Below are positions 61,596-64,000 of a stretch of DNA of 64,000 bases, piece after piece. The stretch is taken from NCBI GenBank assembly GCA_009602735.1, contig WELA01003159.1, forward strand, positions 393,753-457,752, in the 5' to 3' direction. The first letter of the stretch is position 1; the number at the start of each line of letters is the position of its first letter. Below the pieces are notes generated by a model. The model worked only from the letters and a program-made list of their open reading frames with translations, ran no database searches and was not told where the DNA came from. Origin of the DNA: Mesotaenium endlicherianum (taxonomy: Eukaryota). Made by a program: the position numbers and the translations under genes.

Positions 61596-63272
61596 TTAAG
61601 GGGTTGTTCCTGGGGCTTCAGGGTCAGGAGACGGAGATCTGGACCTAGATCTGAACAGCCCTCTAGGTCTGTCAGCTGGCCTTGTAAAAAACCCTGTTTG
61701 CTCTAAAGTTGGCCCTCGAGGAGAACGGAGGATGGTGGCCTGCTCTTCAACTATTTGGGTGTTGATTCCCACATAGACAGGCATTCCAGTAGGATGCTGA
61801 AATACATTGGCTAGAGGTACATGCCCCTGAGCGGAGGGGGAGGCTGGCATACCTCTGGCCCACCCGCGTGTCCCTCTTCTGGCACCCCTGTCCTCTGGGG
61901 ATTTCTGTCTGTGTCTGCTGCCCAGTACCGTCAGATCAGCTTCTTCCCCTGCTTGGGCAGGTGGGCTGGGGGAGCGAGCGCGGGGTCCAGTTGTCGCCAT
62001 AACGGGGATCACATTCCACACACCTGATCGTGGTTCTTTAGGAAGTGCCACTGCCTGTCCCTGGGTATCCTGAGTACCTGCTGCTGATGCTTCTCCTCTG
62101 CCTTGTTCTTCTTCCTCATCCTCCTCATCCTCCTCCTCGGAGAGAGTAGGGGTCTCGTCCACTAAGTCGTCCTGCTCCCTAGTAGACATGGAGTAGTCTA
62201 CCGACCTCCCTTTCTTAGGGCGCGCTGGAGGTTGCTTGGCCTTCAGCCTACTGATATCTATCCGGCCTGCATTCTTTGCCCATTTGACAAAGGCATGCTT
62301 TCCCTTAGAGAAGTACTCTCTTCCCCTCCTCCTATGTTCCTTGGTCTCTGCATTCATATTGCTCAGGCATCCATTCAGCCTGGGGTCCCAAGGGGCAATG
62401 TGAGGTGGTAGGATGAGATAGCCGTCTAGGCCATAGTGGAAGTCATCCGGTTGGGCTCGGTCACACTCCTGCTTCTTATTTGTGACGGTCATCCACCTCC
62501 AGTCTGTTGGCTGCTGGTAGTACTGGGGTCCGTGCTCAGCCTTCCTCAGTTTACACGGGAACCAGTGGGGAGAGAACATCTGCTGTCCTGCTTCCCTGGC
62601 CAAGTACTCCCAGCTCCTTCTCTCAACTTCATTGTAAGCTGGCAGGAGTGTGAGGTAGAATACCGTATCCTTAAAGCTATCGGGCCGCATGCTCACCATC
62701 CGGATGAGTCTCTGATCTCCCACTATTCCCGGTATGGGGACCGGCTTGTCCTCTGAATCATCTGCGAGATACCGGGCCTGCTCTGCTGTATAGCCCACCA
62801 TCTTAGCATAATCTTCGTAAAGGACCACGCCGGTGTGTGTCTCGATGTACCTGTCCAGTGCTGTAGCTCCTTCCTTCTGTAGCAGTGTTGTCTGTTCCAG
62901 CCTGTTGATCTCCTGGGCTGCCAGCAATGCTTCCTTCAGGTTATCGAAGTTTTGGCCACCCACCACAGTATACCTGTAAGTGGCCAAGCTCTTCTGTCTG
63001 TCCGCTTCAATCTTTTTTCTTTTCTCCTCTTCTGCCGCTGCCGCTTCTTCTTGCTGTTTCTTCTGTCTCTCCTCCTCAGCCTTCCTGAGGTTTTCCGCTT
63101 CCTGATCCTTCTTCCTCTGTGCCTCTTCTGCCGCCTCTTGTTGCTTGCGGACCCTTTCTTGTTCTCTCCTGGTGAGGGACGTCGCCGCCAGCTCCTTCTG
63201 GTATTGCTCCATTGTCCTCCTGGCTTCTTCTGCCTTGCGCTTTCTGTCCTCCTTTTGTGTGGTGGGCGCCAT
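61596..63272 (-). CDS. Second intact copy of ORF3
   Basis: Same length as 32387-34063, 4 amino-acid differences. Confidence 0.85.
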   Translation of the reverse strand: MAPTTQKEDRKRKAEEARRTMEQYQKELAATSLTRREQERVRKQQEAAEEAQRKKDQEAENLRKAEEERQKKQQEEAAAAEEEKRKKIEADRQKSLATYRYTVVGGQNFDNLKEALLAAQEINRLEQTTLLQKEGATALDRYIETHTGVVLYEDYAKMVGYTAEQARYLADDSEDKPVPIPGIVGDQRLIRMVSMRPDSFKDTVFYLTLLPAYNEVERRSWEYLAREAGQQMFSPHWFPCKLRKAEHGPQYYQQPTDWRWMTVTNKKQECDRAQPDDFHYGLDGYLILPPHIAPWDPRLNGCLSNMNAETKEHRRRGREYFSKGKHAFVKWAKNAGRIDISRLKAKQPPARPKKGRSVDYSMSTREQDDLVDETPTLSEEEDEEDEEEEQGRGEASAAGTQDTQGQAVALPKEPRSGVWNVIPVMATTGPRARSPSPPAQAGEEADLTVLGSRHRQKSPEDRGARRGTRGWARGMPASPSAQGHVPLANVFQHPTGMPVYVGINTQIVEEQATILRSPRGPTLEQTGFFTRPADRPRGLFRSRSRSPSPDPEAPGTTP

Positions 63273-63539
63273 CCTGCACATGTAACCAGGGCACAAGTTA
63301 GTAGGATATGGACCTTTGTCATAGGGATTGCAGGAAGTATGTTAGTATTTAGTATAGTGGCTTCGCTGCTGTTTACCTTACAGGATGATTGCTAAAAGTT
63401 GACGTAGTTGCGATGCGCTACACATAAACGTATGAGTGTGTTTTTATCGCTCTCGCTCACTAACTGTCATATATTTTCCCCTCCAACTTAAATGGAGACA
63501 GGACCGCCTGTCACCTTCCCGTGTCAACTGAAATGACAG

Positions 63540-64000
63540 TTATGGAGGGACTCCAGCGGCCCGAAGGTGGAACCGTGTCAACGCCCCTTTGGCATTGGTC
63601 AAGTGGTCCTTAAACTCCCAAGTGTCCCCAGAGGCATCGTAACCCTTCCATCGAATGAGGTATTTCATGACATATTTAGACGATCGACGGACCGAGCGAG
63701 CGTCTAAAATCTCATCGACCTCATATTCCTCAGGGTCGCCGTCCCGGACAGCGGGGACCGGTCCCGGTTGGACAGGGAACCGACCTGTGAACAGTGTATC
63801 ACCTTTGATGTACGGTTCCAGGAAGGAGACATTAAAGACCGGGTGCCCCTTGTATTCAGCTGACATGTTCAGTTTGTAAGCATTCTGACCGACACGACGG
63901 ACCACCGAATATGGACCGACCCAGACAGGGCCAAGCTTTTTCTTGACCACACCAGGGAGGTACAGGTGCTGAGAATGCAGTTTGACTAAATCCCCCTTGG
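63540..64000 (-). CDS. pol: Pol C-terminus (GPY motif and chromodomain), partial
   Basis: Same translation as the end of pol 34331-37897. Confidence 0.93.
   Translation of the reverse strand, partial: KGDLVKLHSQHLYLPGVVKKKLGPVWVGPYSVVRRVGQNAYKLNMSAEYKGHPVFNVSFLEPYIKGDTLFTGRFPVQPGPVPAVRDGDPEEYEVDEILDARSVRRSSKYVMKYLIRWKGYDASGDTWEFKDHLTNAKGALTRFHLRAAGVPP

Larger units (their letters stand above)
60758..64000 (-). mobile_element. Chromovirus family A, element 3, 3' end (pol C-terminus, ORF3, 3' LTR 60758-61475), runs off the window
   Basis: Near-identical to 31529-34790; no PBS beyond the LTR (flank CCGCA). Confidence 0.95.

Overview
Eukaryotic nuclear DNA from a green-lineage organism, probably a streptophyte alga (inferred from plastid-targeted plant-type genes, long GT-AG introns and an RKD gene); several N gaps. 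There are four spliced host genes: a partial DUF6816-like lumenal protein (-), a plastid 2Fe-2S ferredoxin-like protein (+), a DUF6737-like membrane protein (+) and a large RWP-RK/RKD transcription factor (+). Most of 13-47 kb and 57-64 kb is nested transposable elements. The dominant family is a Ty3/Gypsy chromovirus (4 copies, all minus strand; two in tandem share one LTR) with a tRNA-iMet PBS, a -1 frameshift signal between gag and pol, and a chromodomain integrase. Most notable: it carries an extra sense-strand 558-aa ORF between pol and the 3' LTR. That ORF is intact in two copies, differs mostly at synonymous sites, is preceded by a TACTAAC branch point and splice acceptor, is bracketed by duplicated PPT motifs, and has no transmembrane segment (so it is not a typical env). 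Also present: a decayed, intronless, prokaryote-like C5 DNA methyltransferase among other decayed ORFs, hAT transposase remnants, further LTR families and a Mutator-like MITE. All family assignments come from motif recognition by eye, not database searches.
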